Shown here: positions 27,153 to 37,254 of the stretch, piece by piece | Numbering within the stretch: position 1 is the stretch's first letter | Layout of the letters: the number at the start of each line of letters is the position of its first letter | Origin: a virus | Taxonomy: Duplodnaviria; Caudoviricetes | Virus record (IMG/VR): IMGVR_UViG_3300049917_000046 | Location: 1 to 43,888 of that record | Direction: 5' to 3' (one strand) | DNA length: 43,888 bases | The notes under the pieces: generated by a model | Database searches by the model: none | What the model was told of the DNA's origin: nothing | What the model saw: only the letters and a program-made list of their open reading frames with translations | Translations under genes and position numbers: made by a program

Positions 27153-27563
27153 TTACTCCGACTTCTTATCGCTTCGCTGCGAATCGATGACCGCGATCCG
27201 CGTCTCGATCGCTTTGCGCACGGGCGCTCGATCCTCGACTTCGAGCCAGCCCTCAAGCCGCTTCTTGTCGAGCGTCTCGCCGACCAGCTTGACCGCCGCC
27301 GCCGGCTTGAGTTCGGCCAGCGTCTTGACCTCGCCGTCAAGCGTGTCGCCTTCGACGATCAATTCTTTGTCGAGGTAGAGTTTGATCAGCGGCAGCTTCT
27401 TGACCGCCTGCCAGTCGTCGAAATTCACGGTATTCGCGCCCGGCATCAGGCGCACTTTCCCGTGCCCGGCGACTTCCTCGCCCTTGGCGTTCTTGCCGCC
27501 CGGCGCAGCGCCGATCGTGTGGTGCCGCGCCTCTTTCCAAGTGATGATGATGGTCTTGGCCAT
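27153..27563 (-). CDS. Hypothetical head-associated protein
   Basis: Follows the major capsid gene; LMPGAN motif and a helical C-terminus. Confidence 0.7.
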   Translation of the reverse strand: MAKTIIITWKEARHHTIGAAPGGKNAKGEEVAGHGKVRLMPGANTVNFDDWQAVKKLPLIKLYLDKELIVEGDTLDGEVKTLAELKPAAAVKLVGETLDKKRLEGWLEVEDRAPVRKAIETRIAVIDSQRSDKKSE

Positions 27564-27590
27564 GGTGTGATCTTCTCGCCTCGCAGCCGA

Positions 27591-28547
27591 CTATATGCCG
27601 TCGGCGTAGATGATGGACAGGGGGTAGTAGACGACGACGCCGCCGCAGCGCGCGTGACACGGCGTAATGATCTCCAGCCCTTCGAGCTGCGGCGGAAGCT
27701 GCTCGAACTCCTGCGGGATGATGAGCTGAAGCGCATCCGGATCGCGGCGATAGACGACCATGCGATCGGTGTTGCCCGCCCCTGCGCCGTCGAGCGCATA
27801 CCACGGCACGATCGCCTTCAGAAACGGCGACGACTGAAGCACGTAGCTCAGGATCGTCGTGTCGCTGCCATCGCCCATGCGCTTGGTCGCGATCAGGGTG
27901 TACTGTTCGAGCGGCAACACGCAGGTGTCGCCCATCTCGACTCCCTTCGTGTTCGCATAGATCGCGTTGACCGCGCCGTGAATGTCGGCGGCGATCTCAT
28001 CGGGCAGCTTGCGCGCCCAGTCGGGGAAGCCGCTGACGCCATTGGGGATCGTGTACAGGCTCGCGTTCGGCTGATTCAAGAATCCCAGCATCCCGTACAC
28101 GGCGTCGCCGGTCTGCGCGATCTTGTCGATCTTTTCCTCGATGCCGCGCCGCGCCGCGTTCGCTTTGCGCTGTTCGAGCGGCAACCCAGCGAACTGGGCG
28201 GCGCGCGCTTCCTGCATCGAGTAGCCGTAGCTGTTGCCGATCCCGCGCACCCGCGAAGAGAACTCTTTCCCCTTCACGTCTGCGCGCGGCAGATCGTCGG
28301 CATAGTCGGCGATTATCTTGGCGACGCCGACCTGATCGTACTGGTAGTAAGTGACGACCTCGACACCCGGCGCGATGCTGTTGTCAACCGGCACGAGCTG
28401 CCGGCCGAGCAGGTTCGCGTACTTGATGTCGTAGGTCTTCGCCCGAACCTGTTCGAGCTGCTTGGAAAGAAAGACCGACTCGGCGGCGTCCAGGTTCATG
28501 ACAGGCTGAACCGTGGCCTGAATCAGTCGAAGCATGGTCATGCGCAT
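27591..28547 (-). CDS. Major capsid protein (DUF2184-like)
   Basis: ADDLPRAD, YGYSMQE, GFLNQPN, RMVVY and GGVVVYYP motifs. Confidence 0.92.
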   Translation of the reverse strand: MRMTMLRLIQATVQPVMNLDAAESVFLSKQLEQVRAKTYDIKYANLLGRQLVPVDNSIAPGVEVVTYYQYDQVGVAKIIADYADDLPRADVKGKEFSSRVRGIGNSYGYSMQEARAAQFAGLPLEQRKANAARRGIEEKIDKIAQTGDAVYGMLGFLNQPNASLYTIPNGVSGFPDWARKLPDEIAADIHGAVNAIYANTKGVEMGDTCVLPLEQYTLIATKRMGDGSDTTILSYVLQSSPFLKAIVPWYALDGAGAGNTDRMVVYRRDPDALQLIIPQEFEQLPPQLEGLEIITPCHARCGGVVVYYPLSIIYADGI

Positions 28548-28583
28548 CGCACTACCCCTTGTTTGTTCTCAGCCGATCAGGTG

Positions 28584-29087
28584 CTACGGCTTGTTGATGA
28601 AGTCCACTTCGAGCAGGGCGATCCCGCCCGCCGCCGCCGTCGAACGGAAGACCGCTTGCGCCGTGCAGTCGATCGTATCCGTGCCGCTGGCCGAATTGCG
28701 CCACGTCTTGTCGTTCCAGTTGTAGTGCGCGCGGTCGCCCTTGCTGACGCTGACACCGCTCTGAAGCTGCACCCACACGCGCCCCTCGCGCATGACGTTC
28801 ATCGGCACGAGCGGCTTGATCCCGACCGTGCCAAGTTCCGGCAGGTTGCCGCCGACCGCGTAGGCGTGCGAGTGCGTGACCACACCGACCAGGGCATCGC
28901 CCTGTGCCGTCGGCAGGATCGCCTGCTCGTCGGTGCCCGCGCCCGTCTTCTGCTTGACGCCGAAGCCGAAGCCGATCTCCGCCGACGCCTCGCCGTTCGC
29001 GTACGTCTCGATCTCGCTTTCAGTAATGTCGGCGATCATGCCGACAAAGGCGGCGGTCATGGTCGCGGTGTATGCGGTCTGGGACAT
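28584..29087 (-). CDS. Capsid decoration / cement protein
   Basis: Between protease and capsid genes; IGFGFGV and NVMREGRVWV motifs. Confidence 0.78.
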   Translation of the reverse strand: MSQTAYTATMTAAFVGMIADITESEIETYANGEASAEIGFGFGVKQKTGAGTDEQAILPTAQGDALVGVVTHSHAYAVGGNLPELGTVGIKPLVPMNVMREGRVWVQLQSGVSVSKGDRAHYNWNDKTWRNSASGTDTIDCTAQAVFRSTAAAGGIALLEVDFINKP

Positions 29088-29121
29088 CTCTTTTTCTCCG
29101 CCCGTAAGGGGTATCGATCAG

Positions 29122-30375
29122 TTACTTCTTGGTGATACCGAATGCGAGCGGCTCGATGCTCGCCTTGCGGTTTGCCGCGATCATGTCCATGCGCTGCTTG
29201 TCTTCGTCGATCGGCGCGGCATCGCCCTTCGCGCGATCATTTGGGTCGCCGCCGTTCGCCGCGACGCGCGCCGCCGCGAGCCCGGTATTGCCCTCGCTGC
29301 CCTTGGCGTGCGCCATCTCGGCATCGAAGCGCGCGTCAATGTAGGCGGCGTCTTTGCCGTCCAGGTTCGCACCCGGTGACAGCTTGCCGATCACCTCTTT
29401 CTTGATGTCGAGGATCGGCCGATCCTTGCCGTCGTCGGTCTTGACCTTGACGTCGGGGCAAGCGGTCTTGACGCTCGCTTCGAGATCGTGCCGCGCTTTG
29501 ATCTCCGCCGCGACGTCGGCGCGCAGCTTCTCGCGTTCGGCTTCCGCCTTCGCGGCGGCTTCCTTCTTCGCCGCTTCGCTGTTCTGCGCGTCGAGCTTGG
29601 CAACGGCGGCGTCGCGTTCGGCACGCAGCTTCGACAGCTCGTCGTTGTTCGAAGCATTGACGATCACGACCGGGGGGTCTTTCCGGGTGTCACCTTTCGG
29701 AACGTCCGCCGCTCCGCCGGTTGTGTCTTTGGCGGCGCTGACCGACTTGGCCACGCCATCCTTGATCATCTTCTCGCCGACTGCGTCGGCCACGTCGTAT
29801 TCTTGATCCCCGATCTTGATCTTCATTGTGGCGTCACCCTTACTGATCATGGTTGCGTCGGCTGCGTCCATCTTCACGCGAACGTCCGGACCCGCCCGGC
29901 CCTTTTCCACGATGGCTACATGGTTCCCGCGGATGTTACGCTGCACGGCATCATAAGCTTCACCGTTCCATGTTCCGGCTGTGAAGTCAAGATCGCAGGT
30001 GTACCCGCATGACAATTCACTCTTGCCCGCTTCCAAATCTCGGATCGCTTGCGCGTCCGTAAACAGCAGCGTGGCGCGCATGAAGTCGCCGTCGCGCCTC
30101 ACGTTCTCGCCGACATTGCCGACGGCGTATTGTTTGGTGTTCGCCGCGGTCAAGAGTTCCGGGGGGTGATCGTTCGTAGCCGGCACCATGGCAAAGCTCT
30201 GCAACGAATCCGCCTTGAAGACTTCGTCAGGCTTGCGCAGCTCGCGGATCACAGTGCCGTCGCGCTGCAAGTACGCAAAGACACCTACACGCGTCAGGTA
30301 GCCGCCGACCTTCAGCCACCCATTCGACATGCGCTCAGGTGTCTGAAGCGCGCCTATGTCGAAGCGCAGCGGCAA
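29122..30375 (-). CDS. Prohead protease/scaffold (DUF2213-like)
   Basis: TRVGVFAY, PATNDHP, ELSCGY and NHVAIVEKGRAG motifs; coiled-coil C-terminus. Confidence 0.9.
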   Translation of the reverse strand: MPLRFDIGALQTPERMSNGWLKVGGYLTRVGVFAYLQRDGTVIRELRKPDEVFKADSLQSFAMVPATNDHPPELLTAANTKQYAVGNVGENVRRDGDFMRATLLFTDAQAIRDLEAGKSELSCGYTCDLDFTAGTWNGEAYDAVQRNIRGNHVAIVEKGRAGPDVRVKMDAADATMISKGDATMKIKIGDQEYDVADAVGEKMIKDGVAKSVSAAKDTTGGAADVPKGDTRKDPPVVIVNASNNDELSKLRAERDAAVAKLDAQNSEAAKKEAAAKAEAEREKLRADVAAEIKARHDLEASVKTACPDVKVKTDDGKDRPILDIKKEVIGKLSPGANLDGKDAAYIDARFDAEMAHAKGSEGNTGLAAARVAANGGDPNDRAKGDAAPIDEDKQRMDMIAANRKASIEPLAFGITKK

Positions 30376-30376
30376 G

Positions 30377-30802
30377 TTAGATCGACTTTTCTGCGATGGG
30401 GCTCACCCACGCGTTTTGACCGCTTGTGACATCTTCTTCGAGACGATAGTAGGCGGTGTCGCCGGGGGCAGCTTCAACGCCGTTGCCGCTCGCATCGATC
30501 TTGAGATTGGTTCCCTTCGTCAAAGTCGCGCCGATCTTCAGCAGCGTGAAGGGGCAGTCGCGGCGCACGACGCGACCGGCAAGCGTGTCCGTGATGGTTT
30601 TGCCGTCGCGGATGCTGACGATTCCTACGGGCCTCTCGCCGGCCCCGCACTGCACTACCTCGAAATAGACATTCGGGGATGCCGGCCCCGATGGGAAGTT
30701 GACGAGCTTGACCGCTGTACCGGGTACGAGACTCGATCCCGTTGAGCCGATGGCGTTGATCTCGAAGGCGTTGGTCGGGAAGGCTTGCGCGAAACCAGAC
30801 AT
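30377..30802 (-). CDS. Probable second capsid cement-like protein (DUF2190-like)
   Basis: AGERPVGIV...GATLTKGTNLKIDASGNGVEA pattern; location in the head operon. Confidence 0.5.
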   Translation of the reverse strand: MSGFAQAFPTNAFEINAIGSTGSSLVPGTAVKLVNFPSGPASPNVYFEVVQCGAGERPVGIVSIRDGKTITDTLAGRVVRRDCPFTLLKIGATLTKGTNLKIDASGNGVEAAPGDTAYYRLEEDVTSGQNAWVSPIAEKSI

Positions 30803-30813
30803 CGGCGTATCTC

Positions 30814-31650
30814 CTAGAACAAGAAGGGAAGCATCTCAGGCACGAAGCGCCCGTTGATCCGCGCTTGCCCGACTGCCCTTGCGTCGAATGGCGCAGAGTT
30901 CAAGAATGCGATGCAGTCATCTTTCTGCACGTTGATCCCGGTCCCCGGCGCGAGCGGCGCGTGTGTAAAGTTCGAGTCGGGGGGCAGCGTCAGCGTAACG
31001 CCCGTGAAGAAGAACCCGCCCGGCCCATTGTTCGACTGCCAGATCTCGATGTCGAAATCCCCGAAGAACAAGCTATTGAATTGGTTCGGGACAATGAAGG
31101 TGATATCTTGGATGGACCCCGCGCACGGCGCGATCCAAAATCCGGAAGCGCCATCGCCGTTGTTGGATGGACTTCCCGGCGTGTGCTCGCCGTTGTTCGG
31201 TCCGGCCCATCCGCCATTGTTCCAAAACGCGGCTTCCCCCGCGAACGAACACAGCGTCGTCTCTCCGCCCGATCGTTGCCGCTGCGCGAAATGGCTGGTC
31301 GCCGCTTGCTGATAACTCGCTGAATCATCGGTCGCCGGGTCTGCCAGGTTGACGATCCGCTGATTGTTGTAGTTCACCGGCAACAACAGACCCGATGCCG
31401 CCATGCGAAATTGCGACTCTGTCAAGTCTTGCGGGCGGTAGTGCACAGTACCCGGCACCGGCTCGTAGGTCATCAAGACCTTGTCCGGAGGTACGGGAAT
31501 CGTCGGGTAATCTACGGGCACTCCCTTGATAGCCACGACGACAAGGATCCCGCTGCCCGGTGGAAACTCGATCACGTCTCCGCCACCTGCGATAATTCCG
31601 GCGAGCGTCGCCCGCTTTCGCCGCTCGATATCGTACAGATCGCCGCCCAT
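30814..31650 (-). CDS. Putative head fibre / adhesin-like virion protein
   Basis: Start moved to ATG 31650 (TAATG overlap); NNQRIVNLADP...AAT neck motif followed by a beta-sandwich-like C-terminus. Confidence 0.6.
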   Translation of the reverse strand: MGGDLYDIERRKRATLAGIIAGGGDVIEFPPGSGILVVVAIKGVPVDYPTIPVPPDKVLMTYEPVPGTVHYRPQDLTESQFRMAASGLLLPVNYNNQRIVNLADPATDDSASYQQAATSHFAQRQRSGGETTLCSFAGEAAFWNNGGWAGPNNGEHTPGSPSNNGDGASGFWIAPCAGSIQDITFIVPNQFNSLFFGDFDIEIWQSNNGPGGFFFTGVTLTLPPDSNFTHAPLAPGTGINVQKDDCIAFLNSAPFDARAVGQARINGRFVPEMLPFLF

Positions 31651-32015
31651 TAGTAAGGACACTCCCGAATGAGCACCGGCACCGCCGGGTCGATCGTCAA
31701 TGCCCCGGAAGGATTCCACAGCGCGACCTGCTCGATCGGGTTGCCCTCCAAGATCCGAAGGCGGATCGAGAACCATCCATCCACAAACTCGGCGGAGTCC
31801 GCCGGCCGGTCTTCCGCCCAGGGCCGAAACTGGAAGTGCTGCGTGCCGACCGGCTTTTCATAGACCAGTCTGCGCAGCACGTAGAGCTTCCCAGTGCCCG
31901 CAGTTACTCGGCCCGAGATCTCGAAGGTGTTCCCCCCCTTCAGCTCGACCGCTTCGGCGCATGCGGCGTCGATGGCGGGGACTCCGGATGACCTGACCGC
32001 GATCTCTCGAAACAT
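31650..32015 (-). CDS. Hypothetical protein (121 aa)
   Basis: Co-oriented with the operon and coupled to the downstream gene. Confidence 0.65.
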   Translation of the reverse strand: MFREIAVRSSGVPAIDAACAEAVELKGGNTFEISGRVTAGTGKLYVLRRLVYEKPVGTQHFQFRPWAEDRPADSAEFVDGWFSIRLRILEGNPIEQVALWNPSGALTIDPAVPVLIRECPY

Positions 32016-32057
32016 GATTTAACAGTGTCGCGCAATTCCTAAAGCAAGGCAAGCTGC

Positions 32058-32930
32058 TTATAGTTCATCCAAGATCGCGGAGAAATCAGGCTCTGCATAG
32101 CAGCGGCAGTTTACCGGAAATCCTGGATGACCATCTGCGGGGGGATCGTCCCATGCGAACTTCTGCCCCTCGCGGTCGACGTGGTCTTCGCGCTCGCGGT
32201 TATCGTTCACGCCGCGCCACGTATAGTCGGTCACGCCTAAATTCTGCTGCCGCTGCGAGTTCAGATCGCCGTAGAGCTTGCCTACTTGATCCCGCGCGAT
32301 CAGCTTCGCTTGGTTGATGGGGATTTCATAGCGCTCGGCTAAATCTTTGGCGATCGTCTCGTGCCGCGTACCGAGGTCGATCGCCTCAAGAACCCGCGAT
32401 CGAACATCATCAAAATAGCGCTCAGGTAGCGACACGATCAAATCGGTATTCAGTGCGATCCACCCCTCGATCTGATCCACGACCCCCTTTTCAGTAATCG
32501 CGATCTTATCGATGCTCACACTAAACGCGGCGCGCACCTGCGCGTCGAGCTGATCTTTCTGAAAGTCGCTCGTACGTTTCCCGTACTTCGCGGCGATCTG
32601 CGCGATCTCTTTTGGGCGCACCGCTTCTGCGGTCTGCACCGCCGCGCGCTTGATGATCTGATCGAGCTGCTGCGCGCGCTTGCGCTCACTGGCATCGGCG
32701 CGGGCAGAATCAACGCGGTCTTCTTCCGCCGGCAGCAGCTCGGGAAGCGCCGGCACTAGAAGCTTCATCAAATTTCTCTGTGCGGTCTTCGGAACGAATT
32801 CGATCGCCTTGAAGTATTCGACGCGGATCAGGTTTGGCTGCTGCTGCCTGGGTAGCTTCTGCGACTTCTTCGGTCGCGCCTTTCCGCGGGCGCGGATGAC
32901 CGCTGCGGTCTTCTCACTAGCCGCCGGCAT
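32058..32930 (-). CDS. Head morphogenesis protein (SPP1 gp7 / Mu gpF-like)
   Basis: AKLIARDQ, YTWRGVNDNREREDH and HPGFPVNCRC motifs. Confidence 0.9.
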   Translation of the reverse strand: MPAASEKTAAVIRARGKARPKKSQKLPRQQQPNLIRVEYFKAIEFVPKTAQRNLMKLLVPALPELLPAEEDRVDSARADASERKRAQQLDQIIKRAAVQTAEAVRPKEIAQIAAKYGKRTSDFQKDQLDAQVRAAFSVSIDKIAITEKGVVDQIEGWIALNTDLIVSLPERYFDDVRSRVLEAIDLGTRHETIAKDLAERYEIPINQAKLIARDQVGKLYGDLNSQRQQNLGVTDYTWRGVNDNREREDHVDREGQKFAWDDPPADGHPGFPVNCRCYAEPDFSAILDEL

Positions 32931-34629
32931 TCGGCACCGCGGGCGGCGTTGGCGAAGTCTCTCCGGACGTAGCGGCGTTGGCTGTGGCGACTGTAGAGGC
33001 GTGCTTCGCTTGGAACTGGGACACGGTCAGGTTGCCGTCCGGATCCGGTGCGCCGCTCTCAGTCGTCAGCGGACCATATCCCGCCTTGACCCGCACTTCG
33101 TTTACCTTAACGATGCTGGCAAAGTCGGTCGGAGTAATCGGAATCTTCGGCTCATTCCTCGCCGCTTCCGTCGGGTCATTCGACGGAGTCGTGCCCGGTG
33201 CCGTCGTTCCTTCCGGCACTTCGAGCGCGGCTTCGCGCGTCGCGATGTCGATCGTCGTCTCGTGCGAGTATCCATCTCCGCCGAATCGACTGACCGCGAT
33301 CTCTTCAGGACTAACGACGCCTTGCCGCAAATAGATCTCGTCGGTCTGCGCTTGCTTGAGTCGGATCTCTGCGGTCTGCGTTTCAGTCGGCTGCCATAGA
33401 GATGCGAATTTGATCGACCAGTTGACCGGCTCGACCCCCTTCGTCGGCCCGGTCTTAGATAGAAAGAGCAGCTTGATCAGCCGCTCCATCGCCGGGCGCA
33501 GCCGCTTGTTCTGCAAGGACTTTACGCGATCATAAAAAAATCGGATGTCGCTGTCGCCGGTCGCGTTGAGCCCGGCCGGCGCTTGCCCCATGAGCAGCGA
33601 CACCGGCATGCCTGCGGCGGCTGACAGACGCAGCGCGAACTTGTCGAGCATCTCAGGCAAGCCAGTCAACGGCGTCGCCTTGCGCTCGTACTCTTCTTCT
33701 GAATCGATGATCACCGCGCGCGCGATCGACCGCGCCAGATCGACAGCGACCGCCCGATCGATCACCTTCTTGGGCGAGGTCGCGGCGAGCAGCTCGGCGA
33801 GCCCCTTGATCTTTATGACTGCCTGCGCAAAATCGCTCAATAGAATCGCCGCACCGCCCCACGTCTGCCCAAACTGCGACAAGACCTTGTTGCAGCGGAT
33901 CAAGACGGAATCGCCCCACCCCTGATTTTTCTGCATGCGGCGACGAGATACGGGCGACCCATAGAAGATGATTAGCCGCGACTCGTGGACAACTACTTGG
34001 TTCAAGCTGTTGTCCACTTCAATGCTGCCGCTGACTGCGTCCGGCTGTATGGTGTAGGTCATCGGCAAACCGAACTTCTTGGTAGTGGAATCGGCGTACC
34101 ATTGCCCCGCGATCAGCTCGCGGCGCATGAGCACGTTCAACCAATCGATCGATTTGATGGTGTCGACGTTGAGCGGCTGCGACATGTTGGTGTTGCCGTC
34201 ATCTGCGCCGAGCAGGATCGCGCCGCCGCCGTAGGCGCGCTCATACTCTAGCGCCTTCAAGAAGCTGTCGTCAGCCTGCAAGTCGTCGAGCTTGGCTTGC
34301 AGCACCTTTTCAGCATCCGACTTTTCGCCGCGATTCATCTCTTGCGCCGCCGCCTGCTCGCCGGGATCTACGCTGATACAATACCCCTGCCGCATCATCT
34401 CGGCCGGCAGCGTCTCGATCACACGCGCCGCCATGTCGTCGCCGGTCCACAAGTCCTCGCACTGCTCGTGCGTCAGCTCGTCAGGCGTGAACGCGGCGCC
34501 GATCGTCTTATCTCGCCCGGCCACGCCGAGCGCGGTCAATGCGTTGACCCACCCATCGCGCCGCATAATCTGCGGGATCAGTTTGTTGACGAGTGCTTCT
34601 TCATTGACTGATGGTTTGCGTGCAGGCAT
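32917..34629 (-). CDS. Portal protein (DUF1073-like)
   Basis: DGWVNALTALG, RAYGGG, VHESRL, GWGDSVL and LMGQAPAGLNATGDSD motifs; start ATG 34629 with GAGG SD. Confidence 0.9.
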   Translation of the reverse strand: MPARKPSVNEEALVNKLIPQIMRRDGWVNALTALGVAGRDKTIGAAFTPDELTHEQCEDLWTGDDMAARVIETLPAEMMRQGYCISVDPGEQAAAQEMNRGEKSDAEKVLQAKLDDLQADDSFLKALEYERAYGGGAILLGADDGNTNMSQPLNVDTIKSIDWLNVLMRRELIAGQWYADSTTKKFGLPMTYTIQPDAVSGSIEVDNSLNQVVVHESRLIIFYGSPVSRRRMQKNQGWGDSVLIRCNKVLSQFGQTWGGAAILLSDFAQAVIKIKGLAELLAATSPKKVIDRAVAVDLARSIARAVIIDSEEEYERKATPLTGLPEMLDKFALRLSAAAGMPVSLLMGQAPAGLNATGDSDIRFFYDRVKSLQNKRLRPAMERLIKLLFLSKTGPTKGVEPVNWSIKFASLWQPTETQTAEIRLKQAQTDEIYLRQGVVSPEEIAVSRFGGDGYSHETTIDIATREAALEVPEGTTAPGTTPSNDPTEAARNEPKIPITPTDFASIVKVNEVRVKAGYGPLTTESGAPDPDGNLTVSQFQAKHASTVATANAATSGETSPTPPAVPNAGG

Positions 34630-34642
34630 GCGCCTCACAGTA

Positions 34643-36250
34643 TCACAGCACAGCCACGCCTTGACAGAGCGCAGCCGCCCGCGCAACTGGCCCCGAGGGC
34701 GAATACTCTAGTAGTGCCTGCGACGTCTCATCGACTTGATCATCGTTGTCGCCATTGGGGAAGGTCGCGAGTTCTGAGATGTACTCGTCGAGCCACGGTT
34801 CGCCATCGAGTAAGTAGACGTGCCCCGACTCCACTTGCGGCGACACCGCGTGCGCGCGAGCTTCCTTGCTATCACGACCCGGACTGCGCGGCACGATCCC
34901 CGTGATCTCATTCTGCAAATCATCTATGATCGCGGTGCCGTTCGCCTTGTCCTCTACCATTTTCTTGTGAGCCTGCGGCCACTCTACGCACAGCGCGCGC
35001 AGCTCCGCCTTCGTGCGAGTAAACGACATCTTCGCGCGCCGCCGAGCGATCCGATATCGGTTCTTACCCTTACGTCCCCATACCCCCATCACGACAAAAG
35101 ACGAGTCGGCTTTGTCCTTGAACGCGCAGTCGATCGACATATAGATCTCTTCGAGGTCTTCTAAATCGACCTCGATCGCCGGCACGTCTACAACGTGCAG
35201 CATACCCTGATCATCCTTAAACTCGACCTTGTGACAGCCATCCGGCCGACGATAACCGGCGGACTCGCGCCCGCGGATCTTGAAGAAGCGCCACCAAAAT
35301 TTTTTAAAGATGCTGCCGCCGGGCGGGTTCGGGTTCTGATTATGCTGCCCGGCGTAGCCGTCGCTTCCCAAGCGCGTCTTCTCCGCTTCGAGGAAGTCGA
35401 CGGTCTGAAACTGTGGGAAGAGTAGCTCGCCCTCTTGAGCCCGCGGATCGCGCCACACCACATCCTCACCGGCCACCTTGCGCACGGTCACGCATGAGCG
35501 CTTCGGATCATACTCGGACGGCAGGCAGAGGTGCACATAGGTGCCTTGCTTCAGGACATGGCCCGACAGATCGTTGTCATGCACGCGGTGCCCGGCGACA
35601 ATTCGTCGCGGCATGCGAGGGTCGCTGATCCGGTTTGACATGGTCTTGTCCCACCATCGGATCGAGCGTTTTCGAAATTGCTCCGAGTAAGCTTGCTCGA
35701 CCGAGATCGGATCATCCACTGCGACTAGGTTGCCTCGGAATCCAGTGCCGCCACTGCCCACGCCGAGCGCTTGCCGCACGCCCTCGCGCGTGTTCTTGTA
35801 CAGGGTCTTATCGTTCTGATCTTTAGAGAACGACCACCCGGCCGGCGCGGCGAACTCCTCCATGTAGTCAGATACCGGCGACTCCATGATCAAGCGGCAC
35901 TTGATCGAATCGCGGGTCGCCAGGGGGCCATCGTACGAGCAGAAGATCCCGCGGAATTCCGGCCAAAATGTCCACACCCATGCCGGCAAGAATACCCCAA
36001 GCCAGAGTGACTTCATCGTGCCGGGCGGCTGGTTGATCAGCAGCTCGCTGATCTGCCCGAGTACGACCGCTTCGAGGTGCTCGGCGACTGCGCCGTTGTG
36101 CCAGTTTGGGATAAAGGGATCGCCCGGTTCTACGACTGGCCAATACTTCACGCCGAAGTCGTAGAGCCGGATGCGCGGGATGCGGCGGCGCAGCAGCTCG
36201 CGCCGCACCTCGGCATTTACTTGTGCGATGTTTAGTTCGGCCAGCGACAC
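34643..36250 (-). CDS. terL: Terminase large subunit
   Basis: LLINQPPGTMKS, TGFRGN, VDDP, SIDCAFK, VEDKANG and FPNGDNDDQVD motifs. Confidence 0.93.
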   Translation of the reverse strand: MSLAELNIAQVNAEVRRELLRRRIPRIRLYDFGVKYWPVVEPGDPFIPNWHNGAVAEHLEAVVLGQISELLINQPPGTMKSLWLGVFLPAWVWTFWPEFRGIFCSYDGPLATRDSIKCRLIMESPVSDYMEEFAAPAGWSFSKDQNDKTLYKNTREGVRQALGVGSGGTGFRGNLVAVDDPISVEQAYSEQFRKRSIRWWDKTMSNRISDPRMPRRIVAGHRVHDNDLSGHVLKQGTYVHLCLPSEYDPKRSCVTVRKVAGEDVVWRDPRAQEGELLFPQFQTVDFLEAEKTRLGSDGYAGQHNQNPNPPGGSIFKKFWWRFFKIRGRESAGYRRPDGCHKVEFKDDQGMLHVVDVPAIEVDLEDLEEIYMSIDCAFKDKADSSFVVMGVWGRKGKNRYRIARRRAKMSFTRTKAELRALCVEWPQAHKKMVEDKANGTAIIDDLQNEITGIVPRSPGRDSKEARAHAVSPQVESGHVYLLDGEPWLDEYISELATFPNGDNDDQVDETSQALLEYSPSGPVARAAALCQGVAVL

Positions 36251-36432
36251 GCGATCAATCGTATCACGATCGCGACGATGGGCGCGTAGGCGTAGGCGAG
36301 TGCTACAGCGCTTAGCGCGCGCCGCCGCTTTCGATTGTGAGCATGCTTCAGCTCATAGAACCATGCTCTGATCGCGGATGCTGTTTCCGAATCAAACGGT
36401 GTCAGCTCTATGCAGCGATATTGATAGGGCAT
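36232..36432 (-). CDS. Small protein with a C-terminal hydrophobic segment
   Basis: GAGG SD; fills the gap before terL. Confidence 0.5.
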   Translation of the reverse strand: MPYQYRCIELTPFDSETASAIRAWFYELKHAHNRKRRRALSAVALAYAYAPIVAIVIRLIACRWPN

Positions 36433-36435
36433 CGA

Positions 36436-36648
36436 TCAGCCTCTCTTATAATCGCTGCGCGCGAGCTGCAACTTCGCTTCCTCGATCGCCAGCTCGCCCG
36501 ACTCGACACGCGCCATTAGCTTGTCAAATTCAGGCTGAAGCACTCGGCGCGCGCGCTGCATCCGAGACTCTTCTAGAGTCAAGTCATCGTCTTCGTCGCG
36601 TTCGCCCTGATTCGCGGCGAGGTCACGCCCACACCGCCCGCCCGACAT
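36436..36648 (-). CDS. Hypothetical protein (70 aa)
   Basis: TAGATG junction with the upstream gene; GGCGAG SD-like sequence. Confidence 0.6.
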   Translation of the reverse strand: MSGGRCGRDLAANQGERDEDDDLTLEESRMQRARRVLQPEFDKLMARVESGELAIEEAKLQLARSDYKRG

Positions 36649-37209
36649 CTACTTCTCGCCTTTCTTGCGGTGCTTCGGCCACGGCGCGAGCCCCCAGAAT
36701 AGCAGCACATTATAGTCGGTGTTGCACGCCTCGCGTTGAATCTCGCGCAAGTCGGTGTAGGTCTTGCCCTCATGCCGGAACTTGCCCCCCTCGCCGTTCA
36801 GATCGGGCGGCGCCACGACCTTCGCCTTGACCGTGAGGCCACCCCGAAAAGCGTGCGACAGCTCTTGCCCCGGCTTGAGTTCGGCCAGCACCTTGCGCGT
36901 ATTCGAGTCCGCGTGCGACTTGCGCTGCGGCTTGGTCGCCGTCTTCTTCACCTTGGCGCGTTCGGCAATCACCTTCTTGCGGGTCGACTTGTCCGGCTTG
37001 GCGACCGACTCACTTTGCGCGGGCGGCGGCTCGGCCACGGCGACAACAGGTTCGACCGACAGCGCGGGCGCGACCAGCATGCCGAGCAGACGCGCACGCA
37101 GCGCCTTGCCGTTCCGGTTAACGGTCGGCTTGCCGGTCATCTGCTGGTAGATGTTTCGCAAGCCGCTGATGCTCGCGCTCTCGATCTGTTCACGGGTAAC
37201 ACTGGTCAT
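36649..37209 (-). CDS. DUF2924-like protein with a Lys-rich linker
   Basis: N-terminal GLRNIYQQMTG...LRARL and C-terminal LKPGQEL...FRHEGKTYTDLREI...NVLLFWGL; start at ATG 37209 after GAGGAG SD. Confidence 0.65.
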   Translation of the reverse strand: MTSVTREQIESASISGLRNIYQQMTGKPTVNRNGKALRARLLGMLVAPALSVEPVVAVAEPPPAQSESVAKPDKSTRKKVIAERAKVKKTATKPQRKSHADSNTRKVLAELKPGQELSHAFRGGLTVKAKVVAPPDLNGEGGKFRHEGKTYTDLREIQREACNTDYNVLLFWGLAPWPKHRKKGEK

Positions 37210-37254
37210 GGTCGGTAGCTCCTCTCGGTTCATCCGTTGTCGCTGATGATCTGC

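Noticed and set aside
27078-29135. 685-aa + strand ORF
   Set aside because: Antisense to the clear capsid and decoration genes; long shadow ORFs are expected at this GC content.
32917-34629. Anti-CBASS Acb1 label sometimes attached to DUF1073 proteins
   Set aside because: Position and motifs indicate a portal, and I see no HxT/HxS phosphoesterase pair.
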